Assembly (NCBI GenBank): GCA_918797485.1
Contig: CAKKNE010000001.1
Coordinates: forward strand, 3,286,001 to 3,350,000
Source of the DNA: Pelagomonas calceolata
Lineage: Eukaryota
Direction of reading: 5' to 3'
Length of the DNA stretch: 64,000 nt
Below are positions 21,106 through 32,801 of the stretch, piece after piece (position 1 is the first letter of the stretch; each line of letters opens with the position of its first letter). The notes below the pieces were generated by a model. It was not told the DNA's origin, did not search any database, and saw nothing but the letters and a program-made list of their open reading frames with translations. The translations under genes were made by a program, and so were the position numbers.

Positions 21106-24100
21106 TTAGTCCGCGAACGCCAGCCCCACGACGTCCTCGAAGGTCGCCGCGAAGTGCGCCTCCAGGTCTTTTTTCAGGTGCTCGGGCAGCTCGTCGAAGT
21201 CGCGCCGGTTCTCGTCGGGCAGGCACACGTGCGCCACGCCCGCGCGTCTCGCCGCGATGACCTTCTCCTTGATGCCGCCGACCGGTAGCACCTTACCCGT
21301 CAAGGATAATTCACCGGTCATCGCTAAATCTTGGCGCACGGGTTTGTCGGTCGCCAGCGACAGCAGCGCCGTCGCCACAGTAACTCCAGCCGAAGGACCG
21401 TCTTTAGGGGTTGCGCCGTCGGGCACATGAATATGCAACTCATCCCCGTCCAACTCTCCATCTAAACGTGATCTCACATGATTCAGCGCGACGCGCGTGC
21501 TTTCCTCCATGACTGACCCTAACTGCCCCGTCGTCGACAGCTTCGGCGCGCCCTTGTCGCCTCCACTCAACTTCGTAGCTTCCACATACAACGCCGCGCC
21601 GCCCATGGACGTCCAGGCGAGGCCCATGACGACCCCGACCGGGGCAGCATCGTCGTACAACCGGTCCTTGGAAAACCGGGGCTTGCCCACGAAGTCCTCC
21701 AAGGTGTCCACCGTCACGGCATATCCAGAACCCTTCTCCGACTCCGGTCTCGTAGCAGCAGCTGATGGGTCATTGTCGCGCACGACCCGTAAAGCAACTT
21801 TTCTCCCAATCTTCTCCACGAGCTTCTGGAGCGTTCGAACACCGGCCTCCCGCGCGTGGCCCCGGATCAACGCTACGAGAGCATCATCATCAAAAGAAAC
21901 ACCATCGGTAGACTGGAGACCGGCCTCCTCGAGCGCCTTGGGCACCAGATGTTGACGCGCGATGGCGACCTTGTCCTCCAGGTCGTAGCCCGCCAACCTA
22001 ACGACCTCCATGCGATCCAGCAACGGCCCGGGGATGAGTGACGCGTCGTTTGCCGTACAGACAAATAGACACCTCGATAAGTCTACCGGTACATCTAAAT
22101 AGTGGTCCAGGAAGTTCGCATTTTGCGAGGGGTCCAGCAGCTCAAGTAACGCCGACGCGGGGTCGCCCGAATTGCCGCCGCGCCCCAATTTATCCACTTC
22201 ATCAATTAACACCACGGGATTGAATTTTTTTGTCGCTTTCAGGCATTGAATCGGTTTCCCCGGCATGGCTCCGACATAAGTTCGGCGGTGGCCCTTGATC
22301 TCCGCCACGTCCCCGAGACCACCGACGCTAAAGCGGTAGAACTCCCTCCCGAGCGCCTGGGCGATGCTACTCCCAATGCTGGTCTTGCCCGTTCCTGGGG
22401 GCCCTACTAAACACAAGATCTTGCCTCGCACGCCGCCTACTAAACTCCCTACGGCTACGAGCTCCAGGATGCGCTCCTTGACCTGTGTGGGTACCCACGC
22501 GTCTCTCTACGCCATCGACGCGACTCGCGACTCGCATCCACGAGAGCTCATACGCCATCGACGCGGCGACGGCGTGATGACACTGCAATCGCACGTCGTC
22601 CATGCCGTAGTGCACGTCGTCTAAAGCCTCCTTCGCGGCCGCCACGTCAAAAACCTCACCCGACACGCTTCCCCAGGGCAGGCCCGTGAGCCAGTCCAAG
22701 TAATTGCGCGTCACATTAAACTCAGCGGAATTCTTCTCGAGCGCCTCCAATTTCGAAAGTTCCTCCTCGATGGCCGCCCTTGCTACTGCTGGTATCACAC
22801 CATCTTTCCACTTCTCCTCCGCCGACTCCTCCTCGACATCCTCGACACCTTCGATCGACGCGATGCGGTTCCTGAATTTCTTGACCAGCGCATCCTTGTC
22901 GTCCGTCTCGACGCCCAGCTCCTTCTTGATGGTTTTTAACTGTTCATTCAGTAAAAACGTGCGCTGCTGGGACGATAATTTTGTCTCGACCTGTTGCGAG
23001 ATCTCCTGTTGGAGTTTACTTAGTTCGCGTTCTTGGGAAACGAGATCCAGAGCCAACCTCAATCGCTTGACGACGTCGCGCTCCTCCAGAGCAATCTGGA
23101 GATCCGGACCTTTGGCAGTAGCCAAGGACGCCGCGAAGTCGGCCTGCGCGGGGCATCGTATTCACTGGAAGCGGTCCAATGTGGCATCGCGTCGACGGCG
23201 TCCTGATGACCACGTAGACTCTCGTGGGATCACGACGACGGCGTCGCGGCGGCGCTGTCTCGTGAAGACGCCATCGACGCGACCGCTGTCTCTCTGACAC
23301 GCCGCGACGGCCCCGACGCGGTCCGAAACAGCTCAAATTCGAACAAGAAACCACACCCGGCATCGTGCGATGGCCACGAGTTGATGGCGTGACTCTACGC
23401 GACGGGACGCCGCGAGCGCACCAGCTTGAACGGGTCCGCGATGTCGACCCTCTGCGTAAAGTACTGCATGTGTTCCCGGTATAATGGATTGAGCTGCACT
23501 AATTCCCGGATGGCCGCCACGATCTCATTCGACAGAGCTCGCACGAGGTCGCCCCTCGACGCGTCCTTCTTTCTCCTTCCCGTTTTGGTAGGTGGGATCG
23601 TGCCATCGTCCTCGTCGATCCACGCTTCTCTCGGCCAGTGTTCTACTCCTAACCTAGGTGGTGGGCCGGCATCTACTACGGTCGAGGCGTCGACTCTTCG
23701 ATGGACTAACAACAAAGCTTGAGATTGGCCGTCGGAGCCCTCGGCGACGTTGTGCACCTGGGCGAAGGCGCCCGTGCCGTGGACTGTATCCAAACATTCG
23801 TCCAAATCAGAAGGCGTAAATAATTCGGCGGCCTCGTGTTCCTCCGCGGGTTCTTTTCGTAGGAATAGGGCGACGTAAGGTCTACCCGCGTCGCGTTCAG
23901 CTTGCAAGGCTGCGGCCGCAGTAGGACCCAGAGACAAGGAGTGGACCATGCCCGGGAACAACGGTCGCCGCGCCAACGCCAACGCTAATACTCGATCCGG
24001 CGTCGGCGCGCCGTCGCCGACGCCGACGCTCGCGGGCGCGTCGCTGTCGTCGTCGTCGATGGTCACGGCGACGGGGCCGCCGTCGTCGTCGTCGCCGTCG

Positions 24101-24231
24101 TTCTTGGAGCTGAGGCATCTCCATGCGTTGCGGCGCAGTTGTGTGGGCCGCGGGCGCCAGCGCCGCGCGGCGACTGGCGTCCGGCGCTGCACCCTTGCCG
24201 CGTGGCGCGCGAGTGCGGCGGCGGCTCGCAT
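21106..24231 (-). CDS. LONP1: Mitochondrial Lon protease, 3 exons (24231-23422, 23143-22595, 22482-21106)
   Basis: LON N-domain, Walker [15 protein letters not shown], catalytic PKDGPSAG and GGIKEK. GT-AG introns restore DPFKL-ADFAAS and GMDD-VKERILE. Confidence 0.95.
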
Positions 24232-24693
24232 CGATGCTCGCTGGTTTTCTACTGGTGGGAAACGTATGTAAGTTGTCTTTGCTGGTCGCGCTGCGTGTCT
24301 ATTACCGTCTGTGCCGCAGCACTGCTCCTGAGCAAGTTGAGACTCAGTCTGTACCCGCACGAAAGATCGTGAAGTCCCGCAGCCGGTTTACGCCTGATAT
24401 CATGCCGTAGTCTACTTCTAAGGTTCCTGGACGCGGTCTATGCTTCATTTGTTCTGGGCGTTCAAGGACTGAGTGCTGCCAGCTGGGCGCATTGGCCGCT
24501 GCTCGAACGCCCGCATTCGTGGGCTCAGCCGCTTCAAAGCTCTCTCATAGTAGAGCATAGATCGAAACAAGCGCGAAACTGCAGCAACGAGGCTTCAAAT
24601 AGCCTCTCAGACTCCACCACTCCGCACCACGCCAGCCGCAGCGTCGCGCCAGGCAACACGACGCGTGCCGCGATTCTACTCCTCGCACGAGCG

Positions 24694-25563
24694 ATGGCGT
24701 CGCGCGCCCTGAAGCTCGCCGCGCGCAAAGCAGCGACGCCGAAGACGCCGGCTTGGTTCGTCGGCACGGACCCGCTCGGCGACGGCCTCGTCGAGGACCC
24801 GCCGACGCGCTCAAAAACGGGCGAGTTCATCTTTAATGATGCCCCCGATTTTAAGCCCAACCTGTCTCCAGCTGAAGTGCTGCAGGCCGGTAGTTTCGGA
24901 GGTGGCTATTTTCGCGACATTACGTCCTCCGTAACGAAGACAACCTATAAAGACGCCTGGAAGGAGTTACCTGCAGATTGGTTGGAAGGTTTGGATATCA
25001 AGACGCAAGTAGCGTCGCAGACGTATCGAACGTCGATCAATCGTTATGGCGTGAACTGCGGCGTGAAGACCGATAAATCCGATAGTTTCGGCCTCAAGGC
25101 CTGGGAAGCAAGTGGCTGGATGGCCGCCCAGGACCCGTACGGGTGGTTCCAGTGGTACTGCCGTTTTTTTCAGGGAAGACGCTCTGATGATGACGAGCGC
25201 CAACTCAGCCGGTGGATGAAGTGCTGCGGTCCTAAAGGTAGGTGGAAGTCGAACTTGATCGGGAAGTGTTTGAGAGATGGCAAGTCGTATGACGACGCTT
25301 CTGTGTCTCCAGTCGTCCGGCAAACTTTACAGCACTGGGGCTACCGTCTGACGCGGGCGCATTTTGATGCTGGAAGCGCTAGGGTCAAGGCGAAGGGCGC
25401 CGCTTATTTGCCGCGGTCCCAATTACAACACGTGCTGGACAAGAAGCCCGCGGCGGCGGCGCCGGCGCCCAAGAAGCCGCGGGCGCCGCCGCGGAAGCGC
25501 GGCGACGACTCCGACGCCGACGAAGCGCCCAAGAAGCCGGCGGCGCGGAAGAAGCGCCGCTGA
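24694..25563 (+). CDS. Conserved uncharacterised protein (PNLSP...FGGGYFR / DPYGWFQWYCRF / RQTLQHW family)
   Basis: Motifs recognised as a widespread family of unknown function; intact ORF. Confidence 0.75.
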   Translation: MASRALKLAARKAATPKTPAWFVGTDPLGDGLVEDPPTRSKTGEFIFNDAPDFKPNLSPAEVLQAGSFGGGYFRDITSSVTKTTYKDAWKELPADWLEGLDIKTQVASQTYRTSINRYGVNCGVKTDKSDSFGLKAWEASGWMAAQDPYGWFQWYCRFFQGRRSDDDERQLSRWMKCCGPKGRWKSNLIGKCLRDGKSYDDASVSPVVRQTLQHWGYRLTRAHFDAGSARVKAKGAAYLPRSQLQHVLDKKPAAAAPAPKKPRAPPRKRGDDSDADEAPKKPAARKKRR

Positions 25564-25603
25564 GTCCTGTCTCCCCTCCCCAGGTAAGGCTTGTTGTTCA
25601 ATC

Positions 25604-25815
25604 TTACGCACTGCTCGACGGCGTTTCGCGGGCGCGGAGCTTGGCTCGCGCATCTACCATGAATTGCTCAATCGACCCTGTTTTCGGGTGGGCACCCCCC
25701 AGCACGCGCCGCGCAATCGGTTCAATCTCTTCGAGCGTCGTCACGGCTTCGCGGAGATCGTCGAGCGTGACGTCGGGGTTCGTGTAGAGCGCCGCTGCAT
25801 ACTGATACCGACGGG
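25604..25815 (-). pseudogene. Isolated C-terminal fragment of the MYND/RING/TPR family gene at 30131-31264
   Basis: TLDDLREAVTTLEEIEPIARRVLGGAHP is nearly identical to the paralog at DNA and protein level; no N-terminal part. Confidence 0.7.
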
Positions 25816-26287
25816 GAAGGCGCTCATCGACCAACTGACGTACCTGGCTGTGTGGAAATCGGACACCATCGCGTCGATGGCGTGGAATCGCCACGCCATC
25901 GCGCAGACGCGGCTACGGAAGCACGTCGCGTCGATGGCGTGGGGCGCCCGAGATTTGATTTCCCACAGGTACCTGGAGAACGAGTTCGCGAAGATGGACC
26001 GCATGCGGGACGACGCCCTGGCGCGCGGCATCCGAACTTTGAAAGTCACGTACGAGGATCTCGTCGAGGACAAGGGCGCGGGCCTGGAACGCGTCGCGAA
26101 ATTTGTTTCGGCCGGCACGGGCTGCGACGCGGCGGGCTTCACGTACACGGGCGAGGAGGCGTCCTGGCACGTCGTCCACCCGCACCCCATGTCGTCCTAC
26201 GTCGCGGACTGGAAGGATGTTGTATCAACATTGCGCGGGACGCGCTTCGAGAAATTCCTGGCCATGGACGGGTCGTCGGCGGGCTAG
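25812..26287 (+). pseudogene. 5'-truncated sulfotransferase-like fragment containing an introner
   Basis: LKVTYEDLVED...VAKFV...MSSYVADWKDVVSTLRGT resembles a sulfotransferase C-terminus. No start or N-terminal PAPS loop is visible. Confidence 0.45.
25840..25976 (+). mobile_element. Introner element (intron 25840-25968) with 8-bp TSD and TIRs
   Basis: TSD GTACCTGG at 25840-47 and 25969-76; TIRs CTGTGTGGAAATC / GATTTCCCACAG. Confidence 0.85.
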
Positions 26288-26391
26288 CGGACCTGGTACC
26301 TGCCCCCCGAAAACGCGGCCCGGTGTCTCCCTCCCCCACACTCGTCCTAGCACCGTATGGTAATCGGGAGGATAAGAAAACAACATCAAAA

Positions 26392-27999
26392 TTAAAGGTC
26401 GTGGAGCAGCTCCACGAGCGGGAATTGCTGAGAGCGGTCGACCGCGACGGCGCAGAGCGCCAGCGCGGAGAAGTAGAGGGGCAACACCAAATTGTCCACG
26501 CTTGCGACCGTGGCCTCGAGTATTGCGATTATCACCGAATCCAACACGAGTTGGCCGCGCGACAGGTAGATGGGCCTGTAGAAGAGGAAGAAGGCGAAAG
26601 TGCCTCCCACGAAGGCGGCCGATCCAACATAAGTCTTCTGGGAGCCGGGCCACCGTTTAGTTCCGAAACGTCTTCCTACCACACAGGCGAGCGCGTCGCC
26701 GGCACCGAGCACGGCGACTCCCCCCAACTTGAGCACGAGGCAGTCCGCTCCATCATGTTTGAGGACGAGGTTGAGCCCGTGGGGCAGGGCGCAGCCCAAC
26801 AATAAATAAAGATGCGTCAGCGCGATGCTCGAGTCGCGCTGATCGAGGAAGCGCCCGTAGAAGTCATCCAGCGACAGCAAGCGCCGCGCCCGCGCCTCCT
26901 CGACGGCGAGCATCAGGAAGGCGGCGCCGCCGAAGGCCACGCCCAATAACGCGTCGTCGTGGGACGGCGCAAACAGCAGAATCACGAGCGCGTGGAAGAG
27001 CTTGCGCCGCTCGATCCTCGGCAGAACGATAGAAGTGGACGCGTAGACGCCTCCTACAATGGCTAAGGCCCAATACAAGACGTGCGCGAGGCGTCTCCAT
27101 GTAAGAACGAAGGCCAGCATACTGATAATGGGTTCGCGGCGCGTCGCCACCAGCAAAATCAGCGAGACGGCGCCGTAGTAGCCCCCCAGGCGCTTCATGA
27201 GAGCGTGGTTCACATCAACGTGGAAGACGCCCGCGAGGAACGCGTCGGCGTCGTCGTCGACGGGCGTCCCGAGTAACGCGGCCCCAGCTATCAAAGGTGC
27301 GACGCGCGCCGCGAGCATTGGTGAGAGGCCGCAGGTCCCTCGCCACAGATCCATGGCCACATGTACACAAGCGAGGGCCCCGAGCTGGGCGACGAGCTGC
27401 AGCTCGCCCCTCCTATCAGTGGTGGAGGGCTCCGGGAGCGGCGCGCGGCCGCGGAGCGGCGACGTCGGCACGGCCCTGCTCGGCGGCATGGCCACGCGCC
27501 GCGTCAGGCGCATTTGGGCTGCGTCCTGGAGGACCATGGCCAGGGCGCACCAGATGAACGATCGCGGGGCTTCCAGGAGCGCGAGCACCGCGGCGAGGAC
27601 GGCGGCCAGCGCCTTCCACGATTGTTCAGGCGCCGTCGCGTAGGCGGCCGTCGCGATCGTGGCCGCACGCAAGGCGTCCATGTGCGACGTGGATAGGGCC
27701 GACGCGAGGGCCGTGGCCGCGCACGGCAGCGCGAGAGTCGTGGAGGCGCTCCCGTCGCGGCACGCGACGAGCAGCAGCACGAGTTCGAGCGCTTGTGTAG
27801 GCGTCGCGAGGTAGGCGACGCGGGCGACGCAGAGCACCACGGGCACGAGCTCGAGGTCGCGCGGTGTTACTCGTTTCTGTTTCTGCGGCGAGCGCTTAGC
27901 GGCCGGCCGCGGCGGCGAGTTCGGCGGCGTCTTGCGCAGGTTGCGCCGCGCGACGTCGATGTCACAGGCCGAGATGCCGGCGGGAGTGTAGGTGGACAT
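26392..27999 (-). CDS. DOLK: Dolichol kinase
   Basis: RKLFHAL, LTHLYLLLGCALP, GAGDALACVVGRRFG..RWPGSQKT and DNLVLP motifs. Confidence 0.85.
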   Translation of the reverse strand: MSTYTPAGISACDIDVARRNLRKTPPNSPPRPAAKRSPQKQKRVTPRDLELVPVVLCVARVAYLATPTQALELVLLLVACRDGSASTTLALPCAATALASALSTSHMDALRAATIATAAYATAPEQSWKALAAVLAAVLALLEAPRSFIWCALAMVLQDAAQMRLTRRVAMPPSRAVPTSPLRGRAPLPEPSTTDRRGELQLVAQLGALACVHVAMDLWRGTCGLSPMLAARVAPLIAGAALLGTPVDDDADAFLAGVFHVDVNHALMKRLGGYYGAVSLILLVATRREPIISMLAFVLTWRRLAHVLYWALAIVGGVYASTSIVLPRIERRKLFHALVILLFAPSHDDALLGVAFGGAAFLMLAVEEARARRLLSLDDFYGRFLDQRDSSIALTHLYLLLGCALPHGLNLVLKHDGADCLVLKLGGVAVLGAGDALACVVGRRFGTKRWPGSQKTYVGSAAFVGGTFAFFLFYRPIYLSRGQLVLDSVIIAILEATVASVDNLVLPLYFSALALCAVAVDRSQQFPLVELLHDL

Positions 28000-28399
28000 T
28001 TTTTATTACCGCACGGCGGCGGCGTACCGCGTAACGGATGGGCGCACTCTGGCAGCCTTTTTTTGTGACCAGTAGGCGTTCGAAGGGATCGAGCGCTCGT
28101 GCTCTGTGGCAACTACCGTTGCTTTTGCGCTTGCTCCTGCGTTCTTAGCCGCCTCAGCGCAACGGATAGCACAAGCTGGGAAAAATGCCAGCTAGCGGCA
28201 TGAACACACTAGAGTTCCAAGGCTGTCGCGACAAAAGCAGGTGCTACGCACCGCATAGAGCTGCATCGGTTAGGAGGAGACTACCAGAGCTTCACACAAC
28301 CTCTGCGGACGACAAGCGGTGCAAATTTTGCGTAAATTTTAGCTCACTGGGGAGAGCACACCAGTCGCCTCTCCAAAACAAACTCGCCGTCGCGGCACG

Positions 28400-30112
28400 A
28401 TGGACGAGCGACAACACGTCACGAAATCGCTCACGGACCCAAGCGCGTGCGGCTGGGAGACGCCGCGCAGGGGCCAGCGCGTCCTCGCGTCGTTCACGTG
28501 CTGGCCGCGCGCGACGGGCCCGCTGCGAGACGCGCCCGCCATTGATGCAGCACGCAACACAGCACCACCGCTCTGCAAGGTCGAGCAGGAAGTCATCACC
28601 GTAGACGCGCCCCCTCCCCCAAAACCGCCGTTCCATAACGATGACGACGGCCTCGACGAGTGGTTGATGATACCGAGGCCCTCGGTCTTCCAAAAACCAG
28701 ATTACATAAAAGCCGTCGACGCCGCTCTCCTCAGATGCAAGGACGGCGAACGTATCATCTATGAAACGGTGGACGGGTTCGTCGTGGATGTGGAAGTCCA
28801 CGAGATCCTCGCCGAGAAGAATTTGATCGAATCAACGGCGGGTTTTACGAGGACGCAGCGCCTGCGAGCAACGAAATCTCAGGTCGTGCGGCCGCCTTCC
28901 TCCGGATGTGTTGTGCGCGGTACGTTGAAAGTGTTACGAGGGTCGCTACCAGATCGATCATGGTTCGGCCTCGATGGAAATGATTTCGAAGCTAAACTAG
29001 GGGACGGGTTACTGTCCGAAGGCTTCGTGGCTTGCTTAACAGATATCAAACAGGGCTCCTCGGCGAAGTGTACGATTGCCGGCGAATGCCTGCTGCCCGA
29101 TCTCTGTAGCGAAGAAGAGCAGCATGCCATCGTACCCGTTGAGTATTGGAACAGTGATCAATCAGAGGACATAGACCTCCCGTCAGTAATACTGGAGGTC
29201 TCCGTCACGGCCATCGACGACACCGGCAAAAAACGTAGAGACCCGATGACCATGAGTCTCCAGCAGAAAGAAGAACGGTCCCAAGTTCTTAAAGAGCGAG
29301 GTACGGCACTCTACAAAGCGCGACGCTTCCGACGAGCCGAAAGCGTCTGGCACGAGGGCGTGAGGCTCTTCGGCTTCTGGAAGCCCGAGGACTCCGTCAT
29401 GGACCCGCACGACCACCACCTGAGGGAGAACAATCGGTTGCGGGCGCTGTCGAACCCGTTGCTGTTGAACGAAGCGTTGCTGATGCGGCGGCGCGGCGCC
29501 TTCAAGGAATGTGAACAGAACTGTAATGAAGTGATCGAGAACGACCCGAGCCTCGCGAAGGCCTTTTTTAGGCGGGGCCAGGTGCGTGTGGATCTGCAGA
29601 AGTGGGAGGACGCGCGTCACGACTTTATGAAAGCGGTCGAGTGCGGCGCTGTTTCTGGTGACGTCGACAAGGAGCTTAACAGGTTGCGGAAATTAGAGCG
29701 GCAACAGGATGCGAAGGATGGCAAAGCTCTAAAACACACGTTCGATCCTGATAGACCGTCGATCTACGACACAGCGACGTCCAAGGGCGTCGAGAAGGCT
29801 TTAAGGGATATCAAGGAAGATGCATTGCGGCGGAAAGCACGCGGTCCTTCGACGCGAAAGCCCGTCACGAAGACGTCTTCTCAAAAAAACTACGACTGGA
29901 CGACGTCGTATACCAAGGAACGGCCGGCCTATACTACTAGTAGCGACGATAGACATGAGCCTGTGGTGGTTGAGGACCTGGCCGCGGAGATCGAAGATAT
30001 ATCTGATGAAGAAGAGGAAGCTAGACGCCGGGCGAAGCAGGACTACTACAACGCGCAGATCGCCCTCGGGAACATGCGGGTCCAGCTGCCGAAGCCTGGG
30101 GAGGGGGTTTAA
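28400..30112 (+). CDS. FKBP-like/TPR immunophilin-type protein
   Basis: Degenerate FKBP-like domain followed by 3 TPRs (LKERGTALYK...AKAFFRRGQVRVDLQKWEDARHDF). Confidence 0.7.
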   Translation: MDERQHVTKSLTDPSACGWETPRRGQRVLASFTCWPRATGPLRDAPAIDAARNTAPPLCKVEQEVITVDAPPPPKPPFHNDDDGLDEWLMIPRPSVFQKPDYIKAVDAALLRCKDGERIIYETVDGFVVDVEVHEILAEKNLIESTAGFTRTQRLRATKSQVVRPPSSGCVVRGTLKVLRGSLPDRSWFGLDGNDFEAKLGDGLLSEGFVACLTDIKQGSSAKCTIAGECLLPDLCSEEEQHAIVPVEYWNSDQSEDIDLPSVILEVSVTAIDDTGKKRRDPMTMSLQQKEERSQVLKERGTALYKARRFRRAESVWHEGVRLFGFWKPEDSVMDPHDHHLRENNRLRALSNPLLLNEALLMRRRGAFKECEQNCNEVIENDPSLAKAFFRRGQVRVDLQKWEDARHDFMKAVECGAVSGDVDKELNRLRKLERQQDAKDGKALKHTFDPDRPSIYDTATSKGVEKALRDIKEDALRRKARGPSTRKPVTKTSSQKNYDWTTSYTKERPAYTTSSDDRHEPVVVEDLAAEIEDISDEEEEARRRAKQDYYNAQIALGNMRVQLPKPGEGV

Positions 30113-30130
30113 TGTGATTTTTGTATCTAC

Positions 30131-31264
30131 TTATCCTGAGCGCTCGACAGCGTCTCGCAGGCATTGGAGCATTCCTCGCACAATTCGCAAAGTCGCCTCA
30201 ATCGACAATGCGGTCGGGTGCGCGCCACCGAGCACACGCCGCGCGATCGGTTCTATCTCCTCGAGCGTCGTCACGGACTCGCGGAGATCGTCGAGCGTGG
30301 CGGCGGGGTCCTCGCAGAGCACCCGCGCGTAAATCCACCTCGACTTGAACGTGGTGTCATGGTCCTCGCCGAGGGATCGTAGCGCCACGCGCGTCGTTTT
30401 GCGCAGCAATGATTTGGCCTCTCCAAAGTGCTTCAGTCGTTTTAGCAAAGACGCGTAGTTGTTGGCTTCTCGGAGAGTCTCTCTATGTTCTTCGCCTTCG
30501 ATCTTCACCCATCCAGAGTATACGTCTCGCCGTAGGGGTAGGGCCTCTTCAAGCCGTCCGAGCTCTTGATACGTGTTCGCAAGATTGCCCTGCGCGACAA
30601 GAATGTTGTATTCTGCTTCGCCAAGGCGCCGCAGCACAGACAACTCGGCCTCTTGCACGGACAACGCTTCCTCGTAGAGGTCTGCTCCGGCCAAACCGTT
30701 CCCAAGCAGTGACAACGAACACATTCGAGGCCAGCTCGTCTCCGGTCGCCCCAGGTACGTCTTCCAGCTTGCCCACCCGAGCGCGCGCCGCACGACGCCG
30801 TGGTATTGTTGCTTGCAAAGACTGCAGGTGTGCCACCGATTCCACCTCGGCATAAACCTATCGTTGTCCCAATTGTTCTCCTCGGCCTCCGCGACCAAAA
30901 TCTTCGCCTGCTCCGCCAAGCACGACACGTGCGCGAAGCCCGCCGTCCCGCGGCACGAGCACCCGCGCACGAGGCCCTCCTTCGTTTTCCAGTGGAGGGC
31001 CTGCGTGCAGATGAAGCACGTCTGGCCCTTCGTGTCGTCCGCGCATTTCTCGACCGCCTCCGCGACGGCCTCCTTGTATTTTTTGTCGGCGTGATATTGT
31101 TCTGCGTTGCCGCCGCGGTGTATTTTCTTACACATCTGCTTGTGGCCGCGGCGCCAGTGGTCATGCTGGCAAGTTTGATTGCAGTATCTCGTGTGGCATC
31201 TAACGCATCGCGGCGCGTTGTGGGCCAGTGGGGCGGCGCAGGCGGCGCATGTTGTGAGGATCAT
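30131..31264 (-). CDS. MYND + RING-variant + TPR protein
   Basis: CAAC..CVRC..YCNQTCQHDHW, CFIC..CSCRG..AHVSCL..CSLC, and KLC-type TPRs. Confidence 0.8.
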   Translation of the reverse strand: MILTTCAACAAPLAHNAPRCVRCHTRYCNQTCQHDHWRRGHKQMCKKIHRGGNAEQYHADKKYKEAVAEAVEKCADDTKGQTCFICTQALHWKTKEGLVRGCSCRGTAGFAHVSCLAEQAKILVAEAEENNWDNDRFMPRWNRWHTCSLCKQQYHGVVRRALGWASWKTYLGRPETSWPRMCSLSLLGNGLAGADLYEEALSVQEAELSVLRRLGEAEYNILVAQGNLANTYQELGRLEEALPLRRDVYSGWVKIEGEEHRETLREANNYASLLKRLKHFGEAKSLLRKTTRVALRSLGEDHDTTFKSRWIYARVLCEDPAATLDDLRESVTTLEEIEPIARRVLGGAHPTALSIEATLRIVRGMLQCLRDAVERSG

Positions 31265-31523
31265 TTTGCGTTGGGCGGGGGCGTTTTCGCGTTTGCGTAG
31301 CGGCTTGAGTGTTTTTTTAGCTTGCTAGTGTCTTACAGGCCGCTAGCCTACCGCGTCCGCAATTGACGCCTACCGGTTCATTATCGAGACACTGGTCATA
31401 TATAGTAAGTTCCAGGCCATCGCCGACTGCTCTGACACGAGGAGAGACCATTTGAGCTGCTACAGGCCCCACAAATGGTACAATATAAAATTCCCATGAC
31501 TCTGCCGTGAGCGCACGCGCAAT

Positions 31524-31841
31524 ATGATCGGCGAGGACGACCAAGACTACGCCACAGACGACGCCTACGACGCCGCGCCGCTCCTAACGAAGAACTACGG
31601 CTCGTGCGCCAACGCGTCGCGGCTACGACTCGACCCGCCGTCGAAGCGTCGTCGCAGTTTCGCGAAGCGCCGCCGCTACGTCTGCCTGCTCTACGGCGCC
31701 GGCCTGGCTTTTCTGGTGGGCGGTGTGTTGGACGTGATCTTTCGAATAGGACCGTACCGCGGCAAGCCAAAGTGGCGGCGGCGCGGCTACCGACGCGCGA
31801 CACATACACCAACAGCTTCACCGAGTATAAGCGACACTTAG
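31524..31841 (+). CDS. Small single-pass membrane protein
   Basis: ATG, acidic N-terminus, one TM segment and basic C-terminus; lies downstream of the promoter motif. Confidence 0.5.
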   Translation: MIGEDDQDYATDDAYDAAPLLTKNYGSCANASRLRLDPPSKRRRSFAKRRRYVCLLYGAGLAFLVGGVLDVIFRIGPYRGKPKWRRRGYRRATHTPTASPSISDT

Positions 31842-31860
31842 TAAACGAGAAAGGCACCCC

Positions 31861-32767
31861 CTAGGCGTCCTTGCCGTCGTAGGTGATGCGGTCCGTGAAC
31901 GACTCCCACTTGCCGTCGGTGGGCGTGTAGTCGTTCAGGTCGACGTTGAGGGCTTTCGCGACGGTGATCATGTCCTTGTCGCCGCGGCCGCAGAGGTTCA
32001 CGACGACGTTCTTGCCCTTGCCCAGGCGCTTGGCGACCTTCATGGCGAGAGCGACCGCATGACTGGGCTCCAGGGCCGGGATGATGCCTTCCGTAGAAGC
32101 ACATTTCTGGAAGGCCGCTAAAGCTTCGTCGTTGTTGATGGGCTCGTAGGACGCCCGCCCCGAGTCCTTGAGGAAGGCGTGCTCCGGGCCGACGCCGGGG
32201 TAGTCCAAGCCCGCAGAGATACTATGAGTGGCCTGGACCTGGCCCGTTTCTTCGTCCTGTAACAGATACGTTCGAGTGCCGTGCAAGACGCCCGGCGAGC
32301 CCCTTGCTAAAGTAGCCGAGCCCTGCGTGCTATCGCCGTCGGCCTCCGCTCCATAAATGGCGACACCGTCATCTTGCGTAAACGGGTGGAACATACCTAT
32401 CGCATTCGACCCGCCACCCACACATGCTACCACAGCATCGGGCAAGGCCCCGTCGTTCATGTCCATGTACTGTTCGCGAGCCTCCTTGCCGATGATGGCC
32501 TGGAAGTCCCGCACGATCGTAGGAAAGGGGTGGGGGCCAATGGCCGAACCGATGAGGTAATGCGTGTCCCTCACATTCGTCACCCAGTCCCGCATCGCCT
32601 CGTTGATGGCGTCCTTCAGGGTAGCTTCACCTGCCCGAACAGGCACGCACTTCCCTCCTAATACATTCATCCGGAACACGTTGAGCGACTGCCGCGCGCA
32701 GTCGACGGCGCCCATGTAGATCACACATTCGAGGCCGAGTAAAGCACAGACGGTCGCCGTCGCGACG

Positions 32768-32801
<34 letters not shown>

